Source: Vampirovibrionales bacterium
GTDB lineage: Bacteria; Cyanobacteriota; Vampirovibrionia; Vampirovibrionales; Vampirovibrionaceae
Length of the DNA: 64,000 bases
Direction: 5' to 3'
Assembly (NCBI GenBank): GCA_039794365.1
Contig: JBDIVN010000006.1
Span: forward strand, 71,390-135,389
Under the pieces are notes generated by a model. It made no database searches, was not told where the DNA came from, and worked only from the letters and a program-made list of their open reading frames with translations. Below, in pieces: positions 56,048 through 64,000 of the stretch; positions within the stretch are counted from its first letter, which is position 1, and each line of letters begins with the position of its first letter. Both the position numbers and the translations under genes were made by a program.

Positions 56048-56689
56048 ATGGAACACTGGCTGCCCCTCTCCATGACAACGTTTACGGTGATCGACCTGGA
56101 AACCACCGGCACCGACCCGGCCATGAACGAGATCATTGAAATCGGCGCCGTCAAGTTCCGCAATGGCCGGGAAACCGGGCGGTTTGAAACCCTGGTTCAG
56201 CCGGTTTCCGGCGGAATCCCCGCCAAAACCACGGAGATCACCGGCATCACCAATGCCATGCTCAAAGACGCGCCCGGTCCCATCGCCGCCCTGCATGAGC
56301 TGGCTGACTTCGTCGGGGAGCATCCCCTGCTGGTTGCCCACTCGGCGGACTTTGACCTGGGAACAATCCACCGGCAACTGGACCGCCTGGGACTGGATCA
56401 CCTCAAGGACCGTTTCGATCCGGGGCGGACCGTCTGCACCCTGCGCCTGGCGGAAGACCTGGTGCCGGAAGTCATTGAAAACATCCGCCAAGTACAAAAG
56501 GATCGCCCCGATTACCTGACCCTCGACGGCCTGCGCGACCACTACGGGCTGACTGAAGACACCCGCCACCGGGCCGACAGCGACGCCCGGCTCACGGCCC
56601 GGCTGCTTTACCGGCTGCTGAAAGAGAACCCCAGGCTGAAGACCCTGAGGGATCTTCAGAATTTCAGTTCCAGCGAAATGGGGCAGTGA
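56048..56689 (+). CDS. DnaQ-like (DEDDh) 3'-5' exonuclease, tandem paralog
   Basis: DLETTG…HSADFD…H.ADSD motifs; ATG at 56048. Confidence 0.75.
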   Translation: MEHWLPLSMTTFTVIDLETTGTDPAMNEIIEIGAVKFRNGRETGRFETLVQPVSGGIPAKTTEITGITNAMLKDAPGPIAALHELADFVGEHPLLVAHSADFDLGTIHRQLDRLGLDHLKDRFDPGRTVCTLRLAEDLVPEVIENIRQVQKDRPDYLTLDGLRDHYGLTEDTRHRADSDARLTARLLYRLLKENPRLKTLRDLQNFSSSEMGQ

Positions 56690-57435
56690 TCGGACCCCAT
56701 CACGTCCGGGTGGATGGCGGCGTTGACCAGGTTGCCCTTCAGGTTCGGCGTGACGAAGAAGTAGTCGATCCGCCACCCAACGTTTCTTTCGCGGGCGAAA
56801 GACCGCTGGTTCCACCATGAATACTGCTCCGGTTCCTGGCAGAATTCCCGGAAGGTATCGATATAGCCGCAGCCGACGAACTTGTCCACCCAAGCTCTTT
56901 CCACGGGCAGAAAGCCGCTGGTTTTCTCGTTGGCCTTGGGCCGGGCGAGGTCGATTTCCTTGTGGGCGGTGTTGAGATCCCCGCACATCACCAGGGCCTT
57001 GCCCTGGGCCTTCAATTCGTTCACCTGGTCCAGAAAGGCATCATAGAACGCCAGCTTGTACTGGAGCCGCTCATCACCGCGCTGGCCGTTGGGCCAATAG
57101 ATGTTGTAGAGGATGAACTCCGGGTACTCGGCGATAATGACCCGTCCCTCGCGGTCAAAGCGTTCGATGCCCAACCCTTCACGGATGCTGAGAGGCTCTT
57201 CCTTCGTAAAAAGCGCCACGCCGCTGTAGCCCCGCTTTTCGGCATGGCTCCAGTAGGTATGATAACCCTGGATGGACGCCATCTCCAGCGTCAACTGGTC
57301 GCCGCTGATTTTGGTTTCCTGGAGGCCCAGAATATCGGGCTGCGTGGCGTTGAACCAGTCCCAGAACCCTTTTTTGATGACGGCGCGAATGCCGTTGACA
57401 TTCCACGAATAAAGCCGCAGGTGCTTGTTGGCCAT
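56656..57435 (-). CDS. xth: exodeoxyribonuclease III (AP endonuclease)
   Basis: EEP family motifs (…SWNVNG.R…; …SDHCP). Confidence 0.88.
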   Translation of the reverse strand: MANKHLRLYSWNVNGIRAVIKKGFWDWFNATQPDILGLQETKISGDQLTLEMASIQGYHTYWSHAEKRGYSGVALFTKEEPLSIREGLGIERFDREGRVIIAEYPEFILYNIYWPNGQRGDERLQYKLAFYDAFLDQVNELKAQGKALVMCGDLNTAHKEIDLARPKANEKTSGFLPVERAWVDKFVGCGYIDTFREFCQEPEQYSWWNQRSFARERNVGWRIDYFFVTPNLKGNLVNAAIHPDVMGSDHCPISLELKF

Positions 57436-57574
57436 GAGGAACAATTACCAAAAACGAATGATGACGCTCCCCATTCTGCCCGACCCGCAACACCGAATCA
57501 AGCCCGGCGGGAAAAGGGGGCCAGGACGAATCGACCCTTAAAAAATCAACCGTGTCATGTCGGGAAAAACCGGG

Positions 57575-57805
57575 AAATGGATTCCGGCCTTCGCAGGAAT
57601 GACAATAAATCCCTGTTTTAGCTGAATAGGTCAATCGGCATTTAAGATAAACCAACCCGTGTCATTCCGGACGCTGATAGCCGTAAGCGAGGCCCAAAGC
57701 CGAGCTGTACGGTCTTCAGCGCTTCGCGAGGAACGAGCGTTAGCGATGCAAGGGATATGGGTGAGCCGGAATCCATTGACCGGGAATGCGGGAATGACAG
57801 CAGAA
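57575..57805. repeat. cluster of dRS3-like palindromic repeats / MITE-like element
   Basis: ATTCCGGCCTTCGCAGGAATGACA at 57580; GTCATTCCGGAC… … CGGGAATGCGGGAATGAC forming terminal inverted repeats about 145 bp apart (57656-57800). Confidence 0.7.
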
Positions 57806-57842
57806 AGCAGGTTTCAGGTTTATTTAAATGTCGATTGTGACC

Positions 57843-58463
57843 CTAGACCAGTTTGAGTTTCTGGGCGATATAGGCCGCCTGCATCCGGTTGGAGACTTCC
57901 AGCTTGCGGAAGATGCTGGCCAGGTGGTTCTTCACCGTGGTTTCGGAGATGGACAGGATATCGCCGATTTTGGCGTTGGAATGCCCCTGCGCAATGTAGC
58001 GCAGCAACTCCTGCTCACGCGGAGTCAGCATTTTCAGAGCCTCGCCCAGACGCTCATCTTCGGGGTCCTTCATATTCTGGGCCGCCTCGTTTTCCCACTG
58101 GGAACGGCGCGACATCGCCTCGATATGGGCCAGCAGAACACCGGGGGTCACGGGCTTGATGAGATATTCATCGGCGCCGCGCCGCAGGCCCGCTATCTTG
58201 GACTGCTCCTCGTCGGCGCAGGTCAGCATGATAATCGGCACGTTGGGCCGGTGTTCACCGCTTCGGATATATTTTAACGTTGCCCAGCCATCCATCTTCG
58301 GCATCTGAACATCCAGAATCACCATATCATAGCGGACATCCGGGTTGGAAAACTTCTGGATACCGGCATAGCCGTCCTCGGCCACGTCCACCTCGTAACC
58401 AAACATCGTCACCATGTCCCGGATCAGGAGGGGATCGTCGTCAATAAGCAATATTTTTAGCAT
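57843..58463 (-). CDS. NarL/FixJ-family response regulator (REC + LuxR HTH)
   Basis: Receiver D(D)…D…K motifs and a C-terminal LuxR-type HTH (…LTPREQELLRYIAQGHSNAKIGDILSISETTVKNH). Confidence 0.85.
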   Translation of the reverse strand: MLKILLIDDDPLLIRDMVTMFGYEVDVAEDGYAGIQKFSNPDVRYDMVILDVQMPKMDGWATLKYIRSGEHRPNVPIIMLTCADEEQSKIAGLRRGADEYLIKPVTPGVLLAHIEAMSRRSQWENEAAQNMKDPEDERLGEALKMLTPREQELLRYIAQGHSNAKIGDILSISETTVKNHLASIFRKLEVSNRMQAAYIAQKLKLV

Positions 58464-58824
58464 GCGTCGTTCTATGCCGTTCCTTTTTACCGAAGAAACC
58501 CGGTACCCCCACACAGAAAAAACTGGGGTGGCCGTCAGTCCTCACTTTCCGCTGATACACAACGCCGTTTCACGGAGGTTTCCCTGCATTCTGCCGTTTG
58601 CAATCAACCGATGGGCTGTTTTACTCATGTTCTTTTATAGTTGTATACCATGCTACTCATAGTATTCAACCTGAAAATGTTCGGGATCTGAAAAAAAATT
58701 CGTATACTGGTTTACATATAACTTAGCTTTATTTTAGCCGTTTTTCAAGTTTTTTGGAAGTCCGGCGGGGCTTGTGCGATGATAGGTGCCTGGATTGTCC
58801 GCCGGATCAAGGGAGCGATTGCGC

Positions 58825-59946
58825 ATGTCCGTCACCCACCCCATTCCCCAACTCAGCCTCAGGCGCCAGCTCGACGCCATTCGCCCGGAGATTGAAGCCG
58901 CCTGGGCGGATATTCTGGATAACACGGCCTTTATCGGAGGCCGACGGGTCCAGGACTTCGAGGCGGACTTTGCCCGTTACTGCGGGGCGGAACACTGCAT
59001 TGGCGTGGGCAACGGAACGGACGCTCTCCAGGGCATCTTGCACGCCCTGGACCTCGCTCCCGGTGACGAGGTCATCGTTCCGGCCATGAGCTTCATCGCC
59101 ACCCTTGAGCCGCTGACGACCCTGGGATTGAAACCGGTTCTGGCCGACATCGACCCCGTCACCTGCAATCTCGATCCGGCGCAGGCCGAAAAAGCCCTCA
59201 CCGGGAAAACGCGGGCGCTGCTGCCGGTCCACCTTTACGGCCAGCCTGCCGACATGGACGCCCTGAACCGGCTGGCCCAGAAAAAGGGGCTGATGGTCAT
59301 CGAGGATTCGGCCCAGGCCCACGGGGCCGTCTACAAGGGCCAACGCACCGGGTCATTGGGCCATGCCGCCGGATTCAGCTTCTATCCCGGCAAGAACCTG
59401 GGCGCCTTCGGTGACGGCGGGGCGGTGACCACCAGTGACCCCGAACTGGCGGACCGGCTGAGGAAATATTGCGACCATGGCCGCCTCGACAAGTACAAGC
59501 ACGGATTCCCCGGAATCAACAGCCGCCTGGACGCTTTGCAGGCCGCCGTTCTTCACGTCAAGCTCCGGCACCTCGACGGCTGGAACAACGCCCGCCAGCG
59601 CTGGGCCAGCCTTTACACCGAACTCCTGCAGGGCATCGACGCACTGATCCTGCCTGAAACCGGGCCGGATCGCACCCATGTATGGCACCAGTACGTTATC
59701 CGCACACCGGAACGGGACCGGCTGCAGGCCCACCTGCAGGAAAAGGGCATCACCAGCGGCCTGCACTACCCCATTGCGCTGCACCTGCAACCGGCCTACC
59801 GGGATCTAGGCTACGGCACAGGGGATTTTCCCCACGCCGAGGCGCTGGGTGAAACCTGCCTCTCCCTGCCCATGTTCGCCGAACTGACCGAGGCGGAGGT
59901 ACGAACGGTGGCCGATGCCATCCGGGCCTTCTTCGGACAACAATAA
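58825..59946 (+). CDS. DegT/DnrJ/EryC1/StrS-family PLP-dependent sugar aminotransferase
   Basis: Family consensus including the lysine region (…FSFYPGKNLGA.GDGGAV…); GGGAG 10 nt before the ATG. Confidence 0.85.
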   Translation: MSVTHPIPQLSLRRQLDAIRPEIEAAWADILDNTAFIGGRRVQDFEADFARYCGAEHCIGVGNGTDALQGILHALDLAPGDEVIVPAMSFIATLEPLTTLGLKPVLADIDPVTCNLDPAQAEKALTGKTRALLPVHLYGQPADMDALNRLAQKKGLMVIEDSAQAHGAVYKGQRTGSLGHAAGFSFYPGKNLGAFGDGGAVTTSDPELADRLRKYCDHGRLDKYKHGFPGINSRLDALQAAVLHVKLRHLDGWNNARQRWASLYTELLQGIDALILPETGPDRTHVWHQYVIRTPERDRLQAHLQEKGITSGLHYPIALHLQPAYRDLGYGTGDFPHAEALGETCLSLPMFAELTEAEVRTVADAIRAFFGQQ

Positions 59947-59969
59947 AAAACGGCGGGAGGAGGACAGCC

Positions 59970-60263
59970 ATGACACGAACGGCAATGGGCGAAGCGGAAA
60001 TCCGCCACTGGCTGGAGGGTTTTCCCCACTGGCACTATCAGGACGGCGCCCTCACGCGGGTCATTGAACCGCCCACCTACCGGGCGGCGCTGGATCTCGT
60101 CAACCGGGTGGGACACCTGGCCGAAGAACTGAACCACCACCCGGACATTTTCATGCACTACAAGAAGGTCACCCTCCGGTTCTGGACCCATACGGCACGC
60201 GGCGTGACGGAGTACGACCTGAAAGCCGCAACAGAAGTTGAACGGCTGCTCGGACAGCTCTAA
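59970..60263 (+). CDS. phhB: pterin-4a-carbinolamine dehydratase
   Basis: PCD/DCoH signature (…EELNHHPD…). Confidence 0.85.
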   Translation: MTRTAMGEAEIRHWLEGFPHWHYQDGALTRVIEPPTYRAALDLVNRVGHLAEELNHHPDIFMHYKKVTLRFWTHTARGVTEYDLKAATEVERLLGQL

Positions 60264-60323
60264 AAGGCGACCCCGAAAGCGGGCAGCTTCCGGGGTCAGG
60301 AGGGTTAAGGAAACCGGGAACTA

Positions 60324-60473
60324 GGCCTTCTGGATATCCAGCTTGGTTCCCTGGGTTTCGTTCAGCGCGGCCGGCTTGGCTTCAGTCACCGCGGGCATGG
60401 CGGCAATCTGCTGGCCGAAGTTCGGCTCGGCTTTTTTCTGGAACATGGGCAGTGCTGGCATTTTGATATCCAT
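60324..60473 (-). CDS. small hypothetical protein (50 aa)
   Basis: Hand-translated MDIKMPALPMFQKKAEPNFGQQIAAMPAVTEAKPAALNETQGTKLDIQKA; AAGGAG 6 nt before the ATG; below the ORF-track cutoff. Confidence 0.35.
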
Positions 60474-60721
60474 AACTGCACTCCTTTTCTAACTCGTTTT
60501 TCTCTAACCGACTACGCAAAGCGATCCTTCCGAGTTTTACCCCACAAGAACCCCTTCGGCAGCCGAGATTATGTATACAACAAAGCACGCCCCATGTCCA
60601 GGTAAACACCCGTCGCTACTGGATAAATACCTCGTATGCGATCCACATGCCCCGGCATGGCTGTATACCATGACAAATCATGCGTTCCACCCATTTTACC
60701 TGGCATCCGGCATGATATACG

Positions 60722-61015
60722 GTGTATGATGTTAACCGAATAACCGGAGGAAGTTCAGACAACCCCGGAGGAAATTTTTTGGAACCGCCCCGTATTTTTT
60801 CCCGCAAGCCGGACATCCGCGACGTGACGCCGGGCAGCTATTTCTGGTGCAGTTGCGGTTACTCGGACACCCAACCCTTCTGCGACGGGCAACACATCCG
60901 TCACGGCATGATGCCCGTCATGCTGGATGTGCCCGAAAAGCGCACCATCGCCTTCTGCAACTGCAAACACACGAAGAACCCGCCTTATTGCGACGGGTCC
61001 CATTCGAAACTGTAA
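60722..61015 (+). CDS. CDGSH iron-sulfur domain protein (two CDGSH motifs)
   Basis: C.C…PFCDGQH and C.C…PYCDGSH. Confidence 0.8.
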   Translation: MYDVNRITGGSSDNPGGNFLEPPRIFSRKPDIRDVTPGSYFWCSCGYSDTQPFCDGQHIRHGMMPVMLDVPEKRTIAFCNCKHTKNPPYCDGSHSKL

Positions 61016-61076
61016 GAAAAGGGCGCCGCCCCTTCGGCGGCTCGTTCGGATTTTTTTCGCCTACCCCAAGGACGTC

Positions 61077-62510
61077 CTAAACTCCGAAGTGGTCCCGGAC
61101 CCAGGCGCGGGCGCCGGCTTCCGTTGTTACCTCGCCCAGTTGGTGGGCCTCCTGGAGGGCGTCGAGCACCTCGCCGATTTTTTTGCCCGGCGGCATGCCG
61201 AGAATTTCCATTACCGCCTTGCCATCAAGCAGACGGGGCATTTTCAGGACGGCCTGCTCCTCGTAGTATCGCGCAAGCAGCCAGAGATGCTCCGCATGGC
61301 TGCGGTTGAGATCGTCCAGGGTGACCTCCGGCCCCAGCGTGCTGAAGCGATCGGCCAGCGCCAGCAGGATGACATCCGGCGTCTCGTCGCCCATGCGCCG
61401 GAAGAACCGCAGCACCGCCTTTCTTGAGGACTCCGGCCCGAACTGGCAGGGGTATAAATGCCAGCGCACCAGTTTTTTAAGATAGTCGGCAATTTCGTTG
61501 CTCAGGCGCCAGCGCCTGCAGATGACCGCGGTCATCTCCTCGGACACCTGATCATGACCGTAAAACGTGTGGCGGGTCCCGTCCTTGTGCAGCGCCATCG
61601 TATCCGGCTTGCCGATGTCATGGAGCAGGCAGGCCATCTTCACCAGCCCGAACCGGGTGGCAAACGGCGCCTTCCACTGGGAAAGTTCTGCCTGCGCCTG
61701 TTGCGGGAGATCGTTCCAGAGCAGCTCCGCCTGGTTCACCAACTCCAGGGTGTGGGTAAAAAGCCAGAGGTGGTGGTATCCGCTGGGCGGCACATCGCGG
61801 GTGGGGGTCAGCTCCGGCAGGATCACTTCCAGCAGGCCGCAATCCCCCATCATCTCCAGCACCGGGAACATCCGCCGGACACTGAGCATTTTGAGAAACT
61901 CGAAGTGGATGCGCTCCGGGGCGGATTCCAGCAGGCGATCCTTATGCCTGGCAATCACCGCCAGGGTTTTCGGATCGATCCGGGTGGTTTCCAGCACCGC
62001 CGCAAAGCGGAAGACCCGCAACATCCTCAAAGTATCATCCAGCAGATTTTCCTCGGACACCATGCGGATAATCCCAGCATCAAGGTCCGCCCGACCGTCA
62101 TGGGGGTCCAGAAACTCGCCGGTATCCAGACTCACGGCCATCGCATTGACGGTGAGATCCCGCCGGGCCAGATCCAATAAAATGTTTCCGTTCAGCGCGT
62201 CGGCAATGTCCAGGTACTTTTCAGAAACAACCACCCGGTGTATGCCAAAATCGGCGTCCAAAAGAACATAATGACCATCCATCACATCCGCCGTCTGCCG
62301 GGCCAGGGTTTCAGCGGAAACACCGGTCACGGCAAAGTCGAGATCCGAAGGCGTCTGGCCGGTTCGCAGGGCATCGCGCACCGCGCCCCCCACGAGAAAG
62401 ACACCGGCCCGATGCGCCATGGCCAGTTCCCGGACCCGCATCAGGGCCGGATCGCTGAGAACCGCTTGAAGATTACTGTCGGGCGATATCATACTCATAC
62501 GCAAGAGCAC
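61077..62510 (-). CDS. cca: CCA tRNA nucleotidyltransferase / poly(A) polymerase-family protein with HD domain
   Basis: …GGAVRD.L…DLDFAV… nucleotidyltransferase head; HD-like …LHDIGK… region. Confidence 0.8.
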   Translation of the reverse strand: MLLRMSMISPDSNLQAVLSDPALMRVRELAMAHRAGVFLVGGAVRDALRTGQTPSDLDFAVTGVSAETLARQTADVMDGHYVLLDADFGIHRVVVSEKYLDIADALNGNILLDLARRDLTVNAMAVSLDTGEFLDPHDGRADLDAGIIRMVSEENLLDDTLRMLRVFRFAAVLETTRIDPKTLAVIARHKDRLLESAPERIHFEFLKMLSVRRMFPVLEMMGDCGLLEVILPELTPTRDVPPSGYHHLWLFTHTLELVNQAELLWNDLPQQAQAELSQWKAPFATRFGLVKMACLLHDIGKPDTMALHKDGTRHTFYGHDQVSEEMTAVICRRWRLSNEIADYLKKLVRWHLYPCQFGPESSRKAVLRFFRRMGDETPDVILLALADRFSTLGPEVTLDDLNRSHAEHLWLLARYYEEQAVLKMPRLLDGKAVMEILGMPPGKKIGEVLDALQEAHQLGEVTTEAGARAWVRDHFGV

Positions 62511-63255
62511 TCATTACGGCAATGGCCGCCGTTTCACTGCGCAGAATCCGCGCTCCCAGACTGGCGGGCCGAAACCCGGCAGCGATGAGATAGGCCGCCT
62601 CCGGCTCGGTCCAGCCGCCCTCCGGCCCCACCGCAAAGGCGATGGACCGGGCCACCGCATGCTGGCGAAGCAGCATGCGCAGGGCCTCTCGTTTGTCGCC
62701 ACGCTCAATCAGGGCGACTTTCAGCGCGGCGGGACGGGCCAGTTCGCAGAAGGCGGGCAGATTCATGGGCATTTCCACGCGGGGCACAAACAGTCCCTCG
62801 GACTGCTCCGCCGCGGACCGGGCCACCGCCTCCCAGCGCTCCTGTTTTTTCTCCGCCGAGCCGATATGGACCACGGCCCGCTCCGTCTCGATAGGCACAA
62901 TGGTCCTGACGCCCAGTTCGGTGACCTTCTGCAGCATCCAGTCCCACCGCTGGCCCTTGATGAGCGCCGCCCCCATCATGATCTGGGGAACCGCCCCCTC
63001 CGAGGCCTGCTCATGCAACGCAAGAAGGCTCACGTAGATTTTATCCCGATCCAATTCGGTCACTTCGGCGATAAAACTTTGCTGGCGCTGGCCATCCACC
63101 GCCACGATGTGATCGCCGGGGGTCAGGCGCAGCACGTTTCGGATATGATGCACCGAGGGCGGATCGTCCACGAACGAGGCATAGGGCAAGGCCTTTACTG
63201 CATCGGGGAGGGCGATGAAAAACCGGTTCAGCCGCCGGGTGTTCGCCGTCTTCAT
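62473..63255 (-). CDS. rsmE: 16S rRNA (uracil1498-N3)-methyltransferase
   Basis: RsmE family, with an N-terminal PUA-like region and the C-terminal SPOUT motif (…VGPEGG.T..E). Confidence 0.75.
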   Translation of the reverse strand: MKTANTRRLNRFFIALPDAVKALPYASFVDDPPSVHHIRNVLRLTPGDHIVAVDGQRQQSFIAEVTELDRDKIYVSLLALHEQASEGAVPQIMMGAALIKGQRWDWMLQKVTELGVRTIVPIETERAVVHIGSAEKKQERWEAVARSAAEQSEGLFVPRVEMPMNLPAFCELARPAALKVALIERGDKREALRMLLRQHAVARSIAFAVGPEGGWTEPEAAYLIAAGFRPASLGARILRSETAAIAVMSALAYEYDIARQ

Positions 63256-64000
63256 GGCGTATAAACCCCGCGCAGCAGGAACCAGTCCCCGTCCTGGCGG
63301 CGGATGATGTCCGCAAACCCGGCCTTTTCCAGAGCGTCCTGAACCGGTCCCACAGATTTTTCAATCAGGCCGCTGGCCAGCAACAGCCCGCCCGCCTCCA
63401 GCCGGACGGTGATTTCGGGAAGCAGTTCGATAATCACCGGCCCCAGGATGTTGGCCAGGATCACGTCGTATTTCGTCCGGCACATCTCCTGAAGCGGCGT
63501 GTCTGAAGCCGTTACCACATCGGCAACGCCATTGATTCTGGCATTTTCGGCGGTGGCCTCCACGGCGGCGGGATCGATATCCAGGGCCATCACGGAGCGG
63601 CAACCCCGCATGGCGGCATAAACAGCGAGAATTCCGGAGCCACAGCCAAGATCCAGCATGGCAAGCCGGGAGAAGTCTTTTTCAGTGGCCAGGCGCTCCA
63701 TTTCGGCCAGCATCAGCCTTGTTGTGGCATGGGTGCCGGTGCCGAAGGCGCAGCCGGGGTCCAGGTTAATGACCGTCTCGCCTTCCAAAGGCGCGTAAGT
63801 CTCCCAGCTGGGGCGGATCACAATACCGTCGGTAATGTGGGTCACATGCCAGAAGCGCTTCCAACTTTCAGCCCAATCCTCGGCAGCGATGAGGGACTCA
63901 CTGTCGATCCGGCAAACGGAAAAGGCCTCTTCACGGGCAAACAGACCGTCCAGACGTTCTCGGATCATCGGAGAATCAGCAAAAACCCGGATTTTAGCAA
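63252..64000 (-). CDS. prmA: ribosomal protein L11 methyltransferase (5' end beyond window)
   Basis: …LDLGCGSGILA… SAM motif and the PrmA C-terminal half; the reading frame stays open to the window edge. Confidence 0.75.
   Translation of the reverse strand, partial: AKIRVFADSPMIRERLDGLFAREEAFSVCRIDSESLIAAEDWAESWKRFWHVTHITDGIVIRPSWETYAPLEGETVINLDPGCAFGTGTHATTRLMLAEMERLATEKDFSRLAMLDLGCGSGILAVYAAMRGCRSVMALDIDPAAVEATAENARINGVADVVTASDTPLQEMCRTKYDVILANILGPVIIELLPEITVRLEAGGLLLASGLIEKSVGPVQDALEKAGFADIIRRQDGDWFLLRGVYTP

Noticed and set aside
43602-57805. Neisseria origin suggested by the dRS3-like repeats
   Set aside because: The spc/alpha operon order (secY-adk-map-infA), about 62% GC and fragmented r-protein clusters are incompatible with Neisseria. 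The repeat family is simply analogous.
1-64000. CRISPR arrays, rRNA genes, transposases or integrases
   Set aside because: No regularly spaced direct-repeat array was found. There is no rRNA-like conserved sequence and no transposase or integrase-like ORF. The accessory region is instead marked by a GC drop and palindromic repeats.

Overview
This is a high-GC (about 60-65%) bacterial chromosomal segment. Most of it is housekeeping genes, with one clearly accessory region at about 43.6-52.8 kb.

The window opens with the 3' half of a spc/alpha ribosomal-protein cluster on the minus strand: rplQ, rpoA, rpsD, rpsK, rpsM, rpmJ, infA, map, adk, secY, rplO, rpmD, rpsE. The secY-adk-map-infA order is of the Bacillus/Deltaproteobacteria/Planctomycete type, not the Gammaproteobacteria type. 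The cluster stops abruptly after rpsE: rplR is not upstream, and a divergent metallophosphoesterase gene sits there instead.

The housekeeping genes that follow are:
- nucleoside phosphorylases (pdp and a PNP)
- a Ski2-like DEVH helicase
- rsmG and pyrE
- recO
- rplT, rpmI, infC and a tRNA-Leu(CAG)
- a GAF-GGDEF cyclase and glgC
- an adenosine-deaminase-family gene
- mscL
- sdhCAB
- rnc, cdsA and frr
- two tandem DnaQ-like exonucleases and xth
- a LuxR-type response regulator, a DegT-type sugar aminotransferase and a PCD/DCoH dehydratase
- a CDGSH Fe-S protein, cca, rsmE and a prmA that runs off the window.

The more interesting items are these.

(i) At 46.1-48.6 kb there is a tandem cluster of five small paralogous proteins. 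A further relative is a pair of large Q/G-rich low-complexity tandem paralogs at 22.4-25.1 kb. All of them share a conserved hydrophobic C-terminal tail (…[IV]F[AGSY] or …AVA).

(ii) Immediately downstream, at 48.9-52.7 kb, is a polymorphic-toxin-like locus:
- a 491-aa protein whose C-terminal roughly 200 aa is an M15/LAS-type zinc peptidase domain at much lower GC
- a convergent low-GC small membrane protein that could be its immunity gene
- an orphan toxin module with the same high-to-low GC step
- a cognate small gene plus a duplicated paralog, the duplicate carrying its own copy of the terminator.

(iii) A dRS3-like palindromic repeat family (ATTCCC-N8-GGGAAT, the 'PAFAGMT' repeat) occurs at 43.6, 46.1 and 57.6-57.8 kb. 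The first two sites bracket a small segment that carries a HerA/DUF87-like P-loop ATPase.

(iv) Several housekeeping proteins have unusual architecture:
- Adk carries a C-terminal transmembrane tail.
- MscL is fused to a Cys4 zinc ribbon.
- A 593-aa sigma-70-like protein has an extra region-4-like module.
- The EAL-HDOD gene carries a 1-bp frameshift.

No CRISPR array, rRNA or transposase is visible. In sequence this GC-rich, most of the long ORFs in the six-frame track are antisense shadows of the real genes.
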